Assembly (NCBI GenBank): GCA_027486095.1
Contig: JAIXPT010000114.1
Coordinates: forward strand, 1-43,911
DNA length: 43,911 bases
Reading direction: 5' to 3'
Origin: Planctomycetaceae bacterium
GTDB lineage: Bacteria; Planctomycetota; Planctomycetia; Pirellulales; UBA1268
Made by a program: the position numbers and the translations under genes. Of the stretch, positions 16,259 through 24,477 are shown piece by piece (positions within the stretch are counted from its first letter, which is position 1; the number at the start of each line of letters is the position of its first letter). The notes under the pieces were generated by a model. It made no database searches. It was not told where the DNA came from and was given only the letters and a program-made list of their open reading frames with translations.

Positions 16259-19109
16259 GTTCTGCCGGTCCGGACGGCAAGAGGACGTAGGCGCCCAGCA
16301 CGTCTACGGGCAGTTGCGGGCGGACGTCGTACTTGAGGCCCTTGATCCGGCTCTCGTCCCGCAGCTGGCGGTGGACGGCCAGAAGTGTCTTCGCCCGCTC
16401 GGCCGCGAAGCCGTCGAGATGCGGAGCGAGGGCGGCGGTGGCGTCTACGACCTTGCCCACGAACTGACGAGCCTGCTCCGGGGCGATGTTGGCGTCGGGG
16501 GCGGCCGTCAGCAGAGTCTCGGCCTGCTCGGGCGAGAGCCAGGAAGCCTGCTCCGGGGCGCCCTCGAAGCCCACGATGCAGCACTCCTCGGCCAGTAGCT
16601 CGCGGGTCTCGCTGCCCACCGTCCGCAGGATGTGGAATCGCAGCCGCAGCAAGAGGAGCGTGGTGCGCTTGGCGACGGCCTGCGTGCGGATCGCCCCCGA
16701 CCGGGCCGCCTTCGACGCCGCCGGCTCGTCGATCGCCGTGCCCACGAGAAAACTCGCCAATGCCTCGACGAACGGGTGCGTGCGGACGAGCAGGATCGTC
16801 TTGTCCACGTGGGGCAGCTCGAAGACCGCGTCGAACCGGTCAGGTAGGCCCTCGGGCAGGCCGGCTTTGAAAGCCGGATCGGTCGCCGTAAGGTCGATCG
16901 ACAGCATCGTGCGGCCGCCGGCCGTCTCGACCTGCTTCACGATGCCGCCGAGCGTTTCCACCGCCCGCGTCACGAATCGCTCCACGTCCACGGTCTTGCC
17001 GATCGACTGGCAGGCGTCGATCCAGCTTGCCGCCACGTCTGTGCGAATCGCCTCCTGGGCAAACATCGTGCGGGTGCGCTTCGACCGCTCGGCCTCCCGA
17101 TCCCACTCCGCGTGAAGATCTGTGGTGGTCGGTTTGAGATACTCCTCGACCTCGGGGAGCAGCTTTTGCGTGGCCTTGGCTGTGCCGCCCCGCAGCAAGA
17201 GCCCCTCGAAGATCGCCTCGATCGCCTTCTCCGTGTTGATCGGCACAGGCACGCTCACGCCCAATGTCTTCTGGATGCTGCGGTGCTTGTTGATGAGGAT
17301 GTCGAGGACGATGCCGTCGATGCCGTTGTCGGCCCCGTAGAGGAAGGCGATCTCCACCGTGGGCTGCCGCTGGCCATAGCGATCCACACGGCCCTCACGC
17401 TGCTCATGGCGGGTGGGATTCCAGGCCAGGTCGTAGTGGACGACGGCGTCGAACGATTCCTGCAGGTTGATGCCCTCGGACAGGCAGTCGGTGGCGACGA
17501 GCAGCCGCTTCTCGAATGCGGCAAGTTTCTCGACCCGCTCCTCCCGTTCGGCCGGCGGCAACGCCCCGGTGACGCAATCGATCTCGAGACCTTTGACGGC
17601 GAGGCGGTTTCGCAGTTCTGCCGCCACATACTCGGCTGTTGCGATGTAGCGGCAGAAGACGATCGGCGATCGCTTCCGCTTGAGCATGTCCTTGAGCAGC
17701 TTGACGAGGGCGGCGAGTTTGGCGTCGGCGTCGCCCTCCAGTTCTGAGGCCCGCTTGGCGAGCGTTTGCAGTCGGCGGCGGTCGGTCGGGGTAGGGGAGT
17801 CGTCGATCTCTGCCCCGGCCGAAGCATCGTCTGCCTCGTCAGCGTCCTCAGTGTCGGCATCGGTGGCGGCCGCTCGCCCCAACTCGTTGGCTTCCTCCTC
17901 CGACGCCGCCCCCAGGCCACGGGCCCGGTTCACGAGCGTCGCGGCCGCGGCAGCCGGACTCGACGAGAGGCTTCTCAAGAGAGCGATTGCGCTCCACCAC
18001 CGCACCCGCTGCCGACGCTTGTCTTCCCCCTCTACGGAGACGAGTTCCCGGGCGAAGTCGAGGCAGTCATCGAAGAGAGCCTTGTAGGGAGCCGACAGAG
18101 AGTAAGTGAGATCCTTGTGGACCTCCCGCTTTGGAAACGGCGTGGCAGCGTCGAGATAGGCCTCGATGTCGGCGCGGCGCCGCTGGATGAAGTGGCCCGC
18201 AAGGTGGCGTCGCTGTGTCTCGTGGGCCGGGCCGGAGAGATCCTCTGGCAGGTCGGCGAGGGTGGGGTCGAGCAGGCCGACGAGCGAGCGGAAGGCGGCC
18301 TCGTTGCCGCTGTGGGGCGTGGCCGTGACGAGGACGAGGTGGCGATCGGGCGACTTGGCGAGGTCGAGAAGCAGCTCGTGCCGCTGATGCCGTGAGCCGC
18401 GGGACTCGACGTCGCGGGTGCAGGTGTGGGCCTCGTCCACGATCACCAGTTCCGGGCACGTGCGGAGGAAGTCGGCTCGATAACGATTCGACTTGATGAA
18501 GTCGATCGAGATCACGAGGTGGTCGTGTACCTCGAAGATCGACTGGTCAGCGGCACACTCCCGCTCGAGCCGAGCGACGGTGCTCGCCAGCACGAGCTTG
18601 GCGTCGATGTGGAACTTGGCAGAGAGTTCCCGCTGCCACTGCTCTGCGAGATGTGGCGGGCAGAGCACGGCCAGTCGCTTTGCCTCACCGCGAGCGAGCA
18701 ACTCGGCTGCAATGAGGCAGGCCTCGACCGTCTTGCCCACGCCCACGTCGTCGGCGATCAGCACCCGGGCCTTGGGCTGCTTGAGAGCCACGAGCAGGGG
18801 CACGAGCTGATAGGGACGCGGCGTCACCGCGATAGAGCCAAATGAGCGGAAGGGGCCGGCACTGTTGCGAACGCCAAGCCTGACCGCGTCGCGAAGCAGC
18901 CCGCAGGAGCGGTGGTCGCCAGTGTGGACGGGGTCGGGCGGCGTGAAGACAGCGGGCTCAATCGGCTCGAGATCGGGCACAATGCCCGTGACTTCTTCCG
19001 CCACGCCGGCCAGCGGCCGCAGCATGACAAGGTGATCCTGCGACTCGGGCAGCACGACCCATTCCCGGCCACGGGCCTTCACGAGTGTTCCAATCGCGAA
19101 GCGACTCAT
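16251..19109 (-). CDS. SNF2-family helicase; candidate DISARM DrmD
   Basis: Motif I ADDVGVGKTVEA. Motif II LVIVDEAHTC. Helicase-C LLVATDCLSEGINLQ. Motif VI YDLAWNPTRHEQREGRVDRYGQ. Start set at ATG 19107-19109 (MSRFAIGTLVKARGREWVVL), which overlaps the upstream TGA as ATGA. The ORF-track extension to 19397 is Arg/Pro-rich and lies inside the preceding gene. Confidence 0.9.
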   Translation of the reverse strand: MSRFAIGTLVKARGREWVVLPESQDHLVMLRPLAGVAEEVTGIVPDLEPIEPAVFTPPDPVHTGDHRSCGLLRDAVRLGVRNSAGPFRSFGSIAVTPRPYQLVPLLVALKQPKARVLIADDVGVGKTVEACLIAAELLARGEAKRLAVLCPPHLAEQWQRELSAKFHIDAKLVLASTVARLERECAADQSIFEVHDHLVISIDFIKSNRYRADFLRTCPELVIVDEAHTCTRDVESRGSRHQRHELLLDLAKSPDRHLVLVTATPHSGNEAAFRSLVGLLDPTLADLPEDLSGPAHETQRRHLAGHFIQRRRADIEAYLDAATPFPKREVHKDLTYSLSAPYKALFDDCLDFARELVSVEGEDKRRQRVRWWSAIALLRSLSSSPAAAAATLVNRARGLGAASEEEANELGRAAATDADTEDADEADDASAGAEIDDSPTPTDRRRLQTLAKRASELEGDADAKLAALVKLLKDMLKRKRSPIVFCRYIATAEYVAAELRNRLAVKGLEIDCVTGALPPAEREERVEKLAAFEKRLLVATDCLSEGINLQESFDAVVHYDLAWNPTRHEQREGRVDRYGQRQPTVEIAFLYGADNGIDGIVLDILINKHRSIQKTLGVSVPVPINTEKAIEAIFEGLLLRGGTAKATQKLLPEVEEYLKPTTTDLHAEWDREAERSKRTRTMFAQEAIRTDVAASWIDACQSIGKTVDVERFVTRAVETLGGIVKQVETAGGRTMLSIDLTATDPAFKAGLPEGLPDRFDAVFELPHVDKTILLVRTHPFVEALASFLVGTAIDEPAASKAARSGAIRTQAVAKRTTLLLLRLRFHILRTVGSETRELLAEECCIVGFEGAPEQASWLSPEQAETLLTAAPDANIAPEQARQFVGKVVDATAALAPHLDGFAAERAKTLLAVHRQLRDESRIKGLKYDVRPQLPVDVLGAYVLLPSGPAEQA

Positions 19110-22100
19110 GGGGCCTGCCTTCCAAAGAGCCCGGGATGGGCGGCCACTGTGTCTTCCCAGTCGCCCTGAGCCGTGAATCGCAGGACGGTCCAGCCACAGT
19201 CGTTCACACACGCCTCCTGCTCGCGGTCGCGGGCCTGGCGGGTGGGGAACTCGTGCATCGGGCCGTCCACGTAGACGATCGTCATGTCGTCGGTATAGAC
19301 GAAGTCGGGGCGTGTCAGGCAGCCGTTGAGCGACGTCGGCACGTGCTGGGCGGCAGTGGGCAGTTTCAGATTGCGGGCTTCGAGGAACTCGAGCCACGCA
19401 CGTTCAAGACTGCTTTCACAGCGGCCAAGCAGGCTCTGGAGATGTGCCGCCCGCGGGGCTGCCGAAGACGAGGCCGCCACGCCAGCCGTCGCAAGCTGCA
19501 GGAGAAAGTCGCGGATGAGGTGGCGGTTGAGACGGTGGTGGTCGGGCTGGTTGGCATACGTCATTAGGCAGTCGTAGCAGGCCGTTGAGCAGTCTTCGCT
19601 CGCCCGCGGCGCTCGCTTGCGGTCCTCGCCCGTCGTGGGGTCGAAGTGGCAGATCTCGAGGGCCTGTCGAGCCACGCGGCGGAGGGCGTCGGGCTCCGCC
19701 TGCAGCCGCTGCAGAACGCCGGCGCCGCCTTCGCTCGATTCGAAGAAGAGAATCTGCCGCCGAATGTCGCGGCTCGGCATCGGCTCCGCGGCAAGCTCCT
19801 GGTCTTCCAGTTGAAACTCCACCTGGATCGCCGCCTTAAGGGCAGCCTGCAGGGATGCCATAAAGTCGAGCGGCGCGTCGCCCGTCGGCTCGAAGAGCAG
19901 CGTGTTGCGGGTGTCGGTGACGAACGGGATCACGCGGGCGACCTGCGGTCCTTCCACCTCGGCATCGCCATCGCCGGGCCGGTTTTCAGGATCGCCCACC
20001 CATTCACCAGTCTGTTCGTTGATATGGAAACCTTGTCGGTTTTCCAGCTTCTGGCGGAACCAGCCGAAGTTGATCCGCCACAGCTCGGCATTGCGGCCGA
20101 ACGTGAGACGGGCGAGAGGAATGCCACTGCACGTGACATCGCTGGTGGTGAATGACGGGACGCCGCCCGCCCGCTGGAAGCGGAACGCCGTCCGCACGTC
20201 GAAGCCCTGCTTCTGCCGCTCGTCTTCGTCGCAACTGATCCGCTCACGGCGGCGGGTGAGCACGTTGGTCAGCCGCAGCAGGCGGCCCTCCGCCTCAGGC
20301 AGCTCCGCATGGCAAAACTCGCAGCGGTCGTCGTCTGCCGCACCATCGACGGGGTGGAGATAGCCACAGGCGCGGCACTGCTTGGCCTTATGAAGCACGA
20401 GCCTCTGCTCGGAGTCGCTCGGCGGCAGGAGCACTTTTGTGACCTGATACCGCTGTCCCTCGTGGTAGACGAGGGACTTAGGGCCAAACTCGCTGATCGC
20501 CAGGAACCGGGGCCGGTTGAGGTATTCCTGGTCGCGGGCGCCAGCGCGCCCCGGGATGAAGGCCGAGAGCGGCAGCCGGGGGAAGTTGTAGCCCGGGAGA
20601 AAGCCCTCGCTGGCGAAGTAGCGATAGGAGTAGAAGTCGGACTGGTGACTCCCGGAGGTGTCTTGATTGAGCAGCAGGTCACGCTGGTTCTCGGCCTCTT
20701 GCCGAAACCGTTTCGCCTCGGCCTTATGTCGTGGGGAGATGGAGTTGTCGTTCTCCCGCTTGTGCTCGCGCTCCCGCTGGGCCATCGCCGCTCGGTAGAG
20801 CTGCCGCCAACGGTCGCAGGAACGATCGAAACGCTCCGGCAACTGGGCAAGCACCTCGTCGAGCCACGCGGGGGTGTACCAGCCGGCGACAGCCAGTTTC
20901 GGTGCGATCGAATCGAGCAACTGCCGGGCACGGCGGCGGGTGCGGGTCATCGCCGGTGCATTGTCGAGATGGCTCTGCACCTCGGCCGACAGCGGCATCC
21001 GCGGCTGCTGGTCGAGCATGAGCAGGTCGCGGAGGCTGTCACGGAGGTTGAGCCCCGCTTCCGACAGCCAGATCGCATGGACGTGCGACCGGACGAGCTC
21101 CTCGTTGGCGACGTCGACTCGCGGCGGTGCCACCGAGCCGGCAACCATCTTCTCCTGGCGCTGGAAGAAGTACTGGTCGTGTGAACTGCCGGCCGTGCAG
21201 TAGGTGATCACGATCGCAGGCTGGCCGCTCCGGCCAGCACGCCCGGACCGCTGGGCGTAGTTCGCAGGTGTCGGAGGCACATTGCGCAGGTTGACGGCGT
21301 TCAGATCGGCGATGTCGACGCCGAGCTCCATTGTCGGGGAACAGAACATGACGGGGAGCTTTCCAGCGCGGAACTCCGCCTCCCGCTCCTCCCGCTTGTC
21401 AGACGGCACTTGCGCGGTGTGTTCACGGCCCTCCATGCCGGCCACGTCGATGGCCGCAGTCTTGTAGAAATTCACGAAGAACTTGTTGGGCCGCAGGCCT
21501 GCCGCCGGTGAACGTGGCACCCGCAGCGGGCAGCGGAACGCCTGCGTGCCGTCAGCCGGCACCCAGCGGAGCGTGGAGGCATTGAGTTGGTAGGCCGGAT
21601 CGTCGGCCTTGCCCGAACAGACGAGATTCGTGCGAGTGAGCACGCGGCAGATATCACGAATGACGCCCTGCACTTCATCGAGCGGCACTCCAGCGGCAAT
21701 GTTGCCGGGCCGGCGCAGATAGCGGCCGAGCGTGCCGCGGGCGCTCAAGAAGACATTCGGCGAGCGCGCGTCGTTGCCCTTTGCACGGGGCTGTGCCAGC
21801 CGGGCCGTGACGAGCTCCTCCTCGGGATCGATCTTCCAGCCCTCGACGAGCCATTGGCTGCTTTCCCGCTTTGTCGCCTCCTGCCACTGCTCCGTCAGGC
21901 AGTCGGCCTGAATGGCTAGTTCCCGACGCAGGTAGTTGAGGAGCGTCTTGCACACCTCATGCCGTGCCTCGCCCGACGCGGCCACGAGGCAATGATGGGT
22001 GCCCTGCCAGTCGGCCGCGCTGTTGCAAATGTCTGCGAGCGATTCGTATTCGACCGTCAGCAGGCCGCACTGCTCGAGGTTGGGCATAGAGAGCCGCCAG

Positions 22101-24346
22101 CCTCGTTTCATATCGAGGAACAGCCGGTAGGTGAGTACGTCGCGCATGGCGCGTTCCGTGCTCTTCTTGGCGTTGTATTGGGCGTCGGGCTGGACGGCGT
22201 AGAGCTTGTTCGCGTGGCCGTCGGCGTCTTTCGGCAGCCCAGCCTCGAATGCCTCGAACATCCGCTGCGGGAGGTCGCGATACTCGAGGCCCTCGGAGCC
22301 CGCCTTCGCTGCCGCGGCGTAGAGGCTGCCCCGCACGAGTGCGATCTGCACGAAGTCGTTGAAGTGGCCCGCCTGAAGTGACGCATCCTGCCGGTTGTCG
22401 GTGAACGACAGCAGTTTCTGGGCCTGCGGATCGAGCTGACTCTCCTTGCGGAGGTAGGTGACCGCCGTCGTCGCGATCAGAGTCGTGGCGCTCGACCGGG
22501 CACCGAATCCCACTTCACCGAGCACCGGCCGGTCGGTGCCGCGTCGATTGGCATACGAGACACCACAGGCCAGGCAGAAGTGGAACGGGTTGGCGATGAA
22601 GTGGCAGGCGAGCCCGTGCGGGTCGGTGTGGCCGGCCACATCGACATGCTCGAGTTGCGGCAGCTGCTCGACGCGACTGCGCTTGAGCACTTCCGATTCG
22701 TTGCGGAGTTCCTTCCAGTCTTCCGTTACCCGTGCCAGAATCGCCTCGGCCGTGTGGTCGGCCTGGGGCCACGCCCGCTCGGGATCGGAGCTGAAGTAGA
22801 GGTATCCCGGAGTCAGTTCCCCGGTCTTTGAAAGGTCGCCCAGATCTCGCGGTTCGAAGGTGGGATCGCCGCCTCGGGTCGGAACGTTCCTCGCGACCGA
22901 GTAATACTCCTGCCCGCATTCCCTGCAGAAAGCGAGTGGAAAGAGCAGGGCTTTGTCGTCGTGCGGGTCGGTGCGGACGGCGTCGGCCGTAATGAATCGT
23001 TTTGATTCCGGTTCGAGCGTCGCGTAGAGAGTGTCGCCGCGGCTTAAGAACTGATGGAGGCGGAATGCAAAAGCGGGCCGACCTTCGGGTGAGCGGGCCT
23101 GCGAGTAGCCGGCCATGAGTTGGTTGGTGATGAGGTCCCTGCAGGCATCGGAGTCGACGCCAGTGACGCCTGCAAGCAGCGTGCCCGCCATGTCGATCGT
23201 CTTGGGAACCGCTCGCACAAGACGGTCTTCAGCCTCGGCCTTGCGGACGCCGAACGTGGATTCGATCCAGCTCGAAAGCGGGTCTTCCAGAAATGCTTCG
23301 TAAGCCGCTAGCGGGGCGGAACGACCTTTGACCCGGGCCGTGAGGCTGCTCGTGAAGACCTTGTCTGACGGGTCGCCGACCGGCGTCGCTCGACGCAGGG
23401 TCTCGCCAATCACCGACTCAGGACGGACTTCGGCCCCAAAAAGGTCGGTAGCCACCTTCGCAATCTCACGGCGCTGCTCGTCGAGCGTGCCCGGCCCGGC
23501 AATCGTGGCGGAGGTGCCGATGTATTGAAGGTTCGGGGATTCGAGCTGCTCACGCAGCCGTCTGCAGAGCATCGCCACGTCAGCACCCTGCCTGCCGCGG
23601 TAGGTGTGAAGTTCGTCGAGGACAAGAAATTTCAGACCCTTGGCCGCTTCGACCAGTCGTTTTTCACCGATCCGCGTGAGGATCAGTTCGAGCATGACGT
23701 AATTCGTCAGAATGACGTCGGGCGGGTTGTCGCGGATCTCGTCACGCTCCTCCCGCTTTTCCTGGCCCGTGTACCGCCGCACTCGTACCGGCGGGCGGTC
23801 CTTGCTGAACGGAGCTCGCTCGAGAAACTTTGCCAACTCGCCCAACTGGCTGTTGGCCAGCGCGTTCATGGGGTAGACGACGATGGCCTGGACACCCCGC
23901 CCGGAGCCGTTTCGCAGGACATGGTCGACGATCGGCAGGATGTACGAGAGGCTTTTGCCGGAGCCCGTGCCCGTGGTCAAAACGTAGTTGGCGCCGGTAC
24001 GGGCCGTACGGACGGCCTGATCCTGATGCAGGTGCAGTCGCATCGGGTAACCGGGGAAGGGGTCGTTTTCCTTCTTGCCGGCCCGGAACACCTCGGAGCA
24101 GGTGCGGTGCAGCACGCCCTGGGCGACCAGATCATCGATCATGCCGCCCGGCTCGAAGGACGGATTGAGCTGGATCAGCGGCGACGGCCAGAGGAGGCCG
24201 CTGGCAAGCGATTCCTCGACCTCTTCCTTGAGCCGCGCGTCGGAAATCTCCACGAAGCTGCGGATGAACGAGTCATAGTTCTGGACCAACCGATCCCGCA
24301 TTTCGAAGACGTTCATGCCTGTGCTTCCGCGCTGCATTGAGACCAA
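19106..24346 (-). CDS. DEAD/DEAH-box helicase fused to a DUF1998 zinc domain and a C-terminal DUF559/Vsr-like module; candidate fused DrmA-DrmB (DruE-like alternative)
   Basis: Motif I TGTGSGKSL. Motif II LVLDELHTYRG. Motif III GTSATI. FTDNRQDAS. Motif VI QRSGRAGRSGQPA. Zinc ribbon CRACG..CEFCH (about 20300-20377). DUF1998-type CSTACYDCLMTYANQPDHHRLNR (about 19568-19591). Tail RPDFVY..IVYVDGPMH..GWTVLRF (19109-19417). The true start may be MNVFEMRDRL at 24316. Confidence 0.9.
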   Translation of the reverse strand: MVSMQRGSTGMNVFEMRDRLVQNYDSFIRSFVEISDARLKEEVEESLASGLLWPSPLIQLNPSFEPGGMIDDLVAQGVLHRTCSEVFRAGKKENDPFPGYPMRLHLHQDQAVRTARTGANYVLTTGTGSGKSLSYILPIVDHVLRNGSGRGVQAIVVYPMNALANSQLGELAKFLERAPFSKDRPPVRVRRYTGQEKREERDEIRDNPPDVILTNYVMLELILTRIGEKRLVEAAKGLKFLVLDELHTYRGRQGADVAMLCRRLREQLESPNLQYIGTSATIAGPGTLDEQRREIAKVATDLFGAEVRPESVIGETLRRATPVGDPSDKVFTSSLTARVKGRSAPLAAYEAFLEDPLSSWIESTFGVRKAEAEDRLVRAVPKTIDMAGTLLAGVTGVDSDACRDLITNQLMAGYSQARSPEGRPAFAFRLHQFLSRGDTLYATLEPESKRFITADAVRTDPHDDKALLFPLAFCRECGQEYYSVARNVPTRGGDPTFEPRDLGDLSKTGELTPGYLYFSSDPERAWPQADHTAEAILARVTEDWKELRNESEVLKRSRVEQLPQLEHVDVAGHTDPHGLACHFIANPFHFCLACGVSYANRRGTDRPVLGEVGFGARSSATTLIATTAVTYLRKESQLDPQAQKLLSFTDNRQDASLQAGHFNDFVQIALVRGSLYAAAAKAGSEGLEYRDLPQRMFEAFEAGLPKDADGHANKLYAVQPDAQYNAKKSTERAMRDVLTYRLFLDMKRGWRLSMPNLEQCGLLTVEYESLADICNSAADWQGTHHCLVAASGEARHEVCKTLLNYLRRELAIQADCLTEQWQEATKRESSQWLVEGWKIDPEEELVTARLAQPRAKGNDARSPNVFLSARGTLGRYLRRPGNIAAGVPLDEVQGVIRDICRVLTRTNLVCSGKADDPAYQLNASTLRWVPADGTQAFRCPLRVPRSPAAGLRPNKFFVNFYKTAAIDVAGMEGREHTAQVPSDKREEREAEFRAGKLPVMFCSPTMELGVDIADLNAVNLRNVPPTPANYAQRSGRAGRSGQPAIVITYCTAGSSHDQYFFQRQEKMVAGSVAPPRVDVANEELVRSHVHAIWLSEAGLNLRDSLRDLLMLDQQPRMPLSAEVQSHLDNAPAMTRTRRRARQLLDSIAPKLAVAGWYTPAWLDEVLAQLPERFDRSCDRWRQLYRAAMAQREREHKRENDNSISPRHKAEAKRFRQEAENQRDLLLNQDTSGSHQSDFYSYRYFASEGFLPGYNFPRLPLSAFIPGRAGARDQEYLNRPRFLAISEFGPKSLVYHEGQRYQVTKVLLPPSDSEQRLVLHKAKQCRACGYLHPVDGAADDDRCEFCHAELPEAEGRLLRLTNVLTRRRERISCDEDERQKQGFDVRTAFRFQRAGGVPSFTTSDVTCSGIPLARLTFGRNAELWRINFGWFRQKLENRQGFHINEQTGEWVGDPENRPGDGDAEVEGPQVARVIPFVTDTRNTLLFEPTGDAPLDFMASLQAALKAAIQVEFQLEDQELAAEPMPSRDIRRQILFFESSEGGAGVLQRLQAEPDALRRVARQALEICHFDPTTGEDRKRAPRASEDCSTACYDCLMTYANQPDHHRLNRHLIRDFLLQLATAGVAASSSAAPRAAHLQSLLGRCESSLERAWLEFLEARNLKLPTAAQHVPTSLNGCLTRPDFVYTDDMTIVYVDGPMHEFPTRQARDREQEACVNDCGWTVLRFTAQGDWEDTVAAHPGLFGRQAP

Positions 24347-24387
24347 TCCGGAAAGTTATCCGCGTGCAGGGACAACCTTGGTCCGGG

Positions 24388-24442
24388 CGGGGTTGAACCC
24401 CGTCTGTAGGGTGGGCAGTATAGACGGATTTCCTGCGGAAAT
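24388..24442. promoter_or_regulatory. Palindromes in the divergent intergenic region (candidate operators)
   Basis: CGGGGTT-g-AACCCCG at 24388-24402 (7-bp arms, 1-nt centre). ATTTCC-tgc-GGAAAT at 24428-24442, about 36 nt upstream of GTG 24478. ATCCGCGT also occurs twice (about 24358 and about 24450). Confidence 0.3.
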
Positions 24443-24477
24443 GACGGGCATCCGCGTTTGAAGCGGCCGGAGCGATT

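Noticed and set aside
19110-19397. 96-codon N-terminal extension of the SNF2 ORF given in the ORF track
   Set aside because: The extension is Arg/Pro-rich (MARVPRSPQSETAHCRPARAD...) and lies entirely inside the coding 3' end of the upstream helicase gene. An ATG at 19107-19109 gives a native-looking N-terminus and an ATGA stop-start overlap.
10990-24346. A PLD-type DrmC gene to complete the DISARM set
   Set aside because: There is no unassigned ORF of suitable size in or next to the locus, and I saw no HxKxxxxD motif in the neighbouring proteins (hydrolase-TM, Fic, HTH, zinc-ribbon protein). Its absence is reported as a finding rather than forcing a call.
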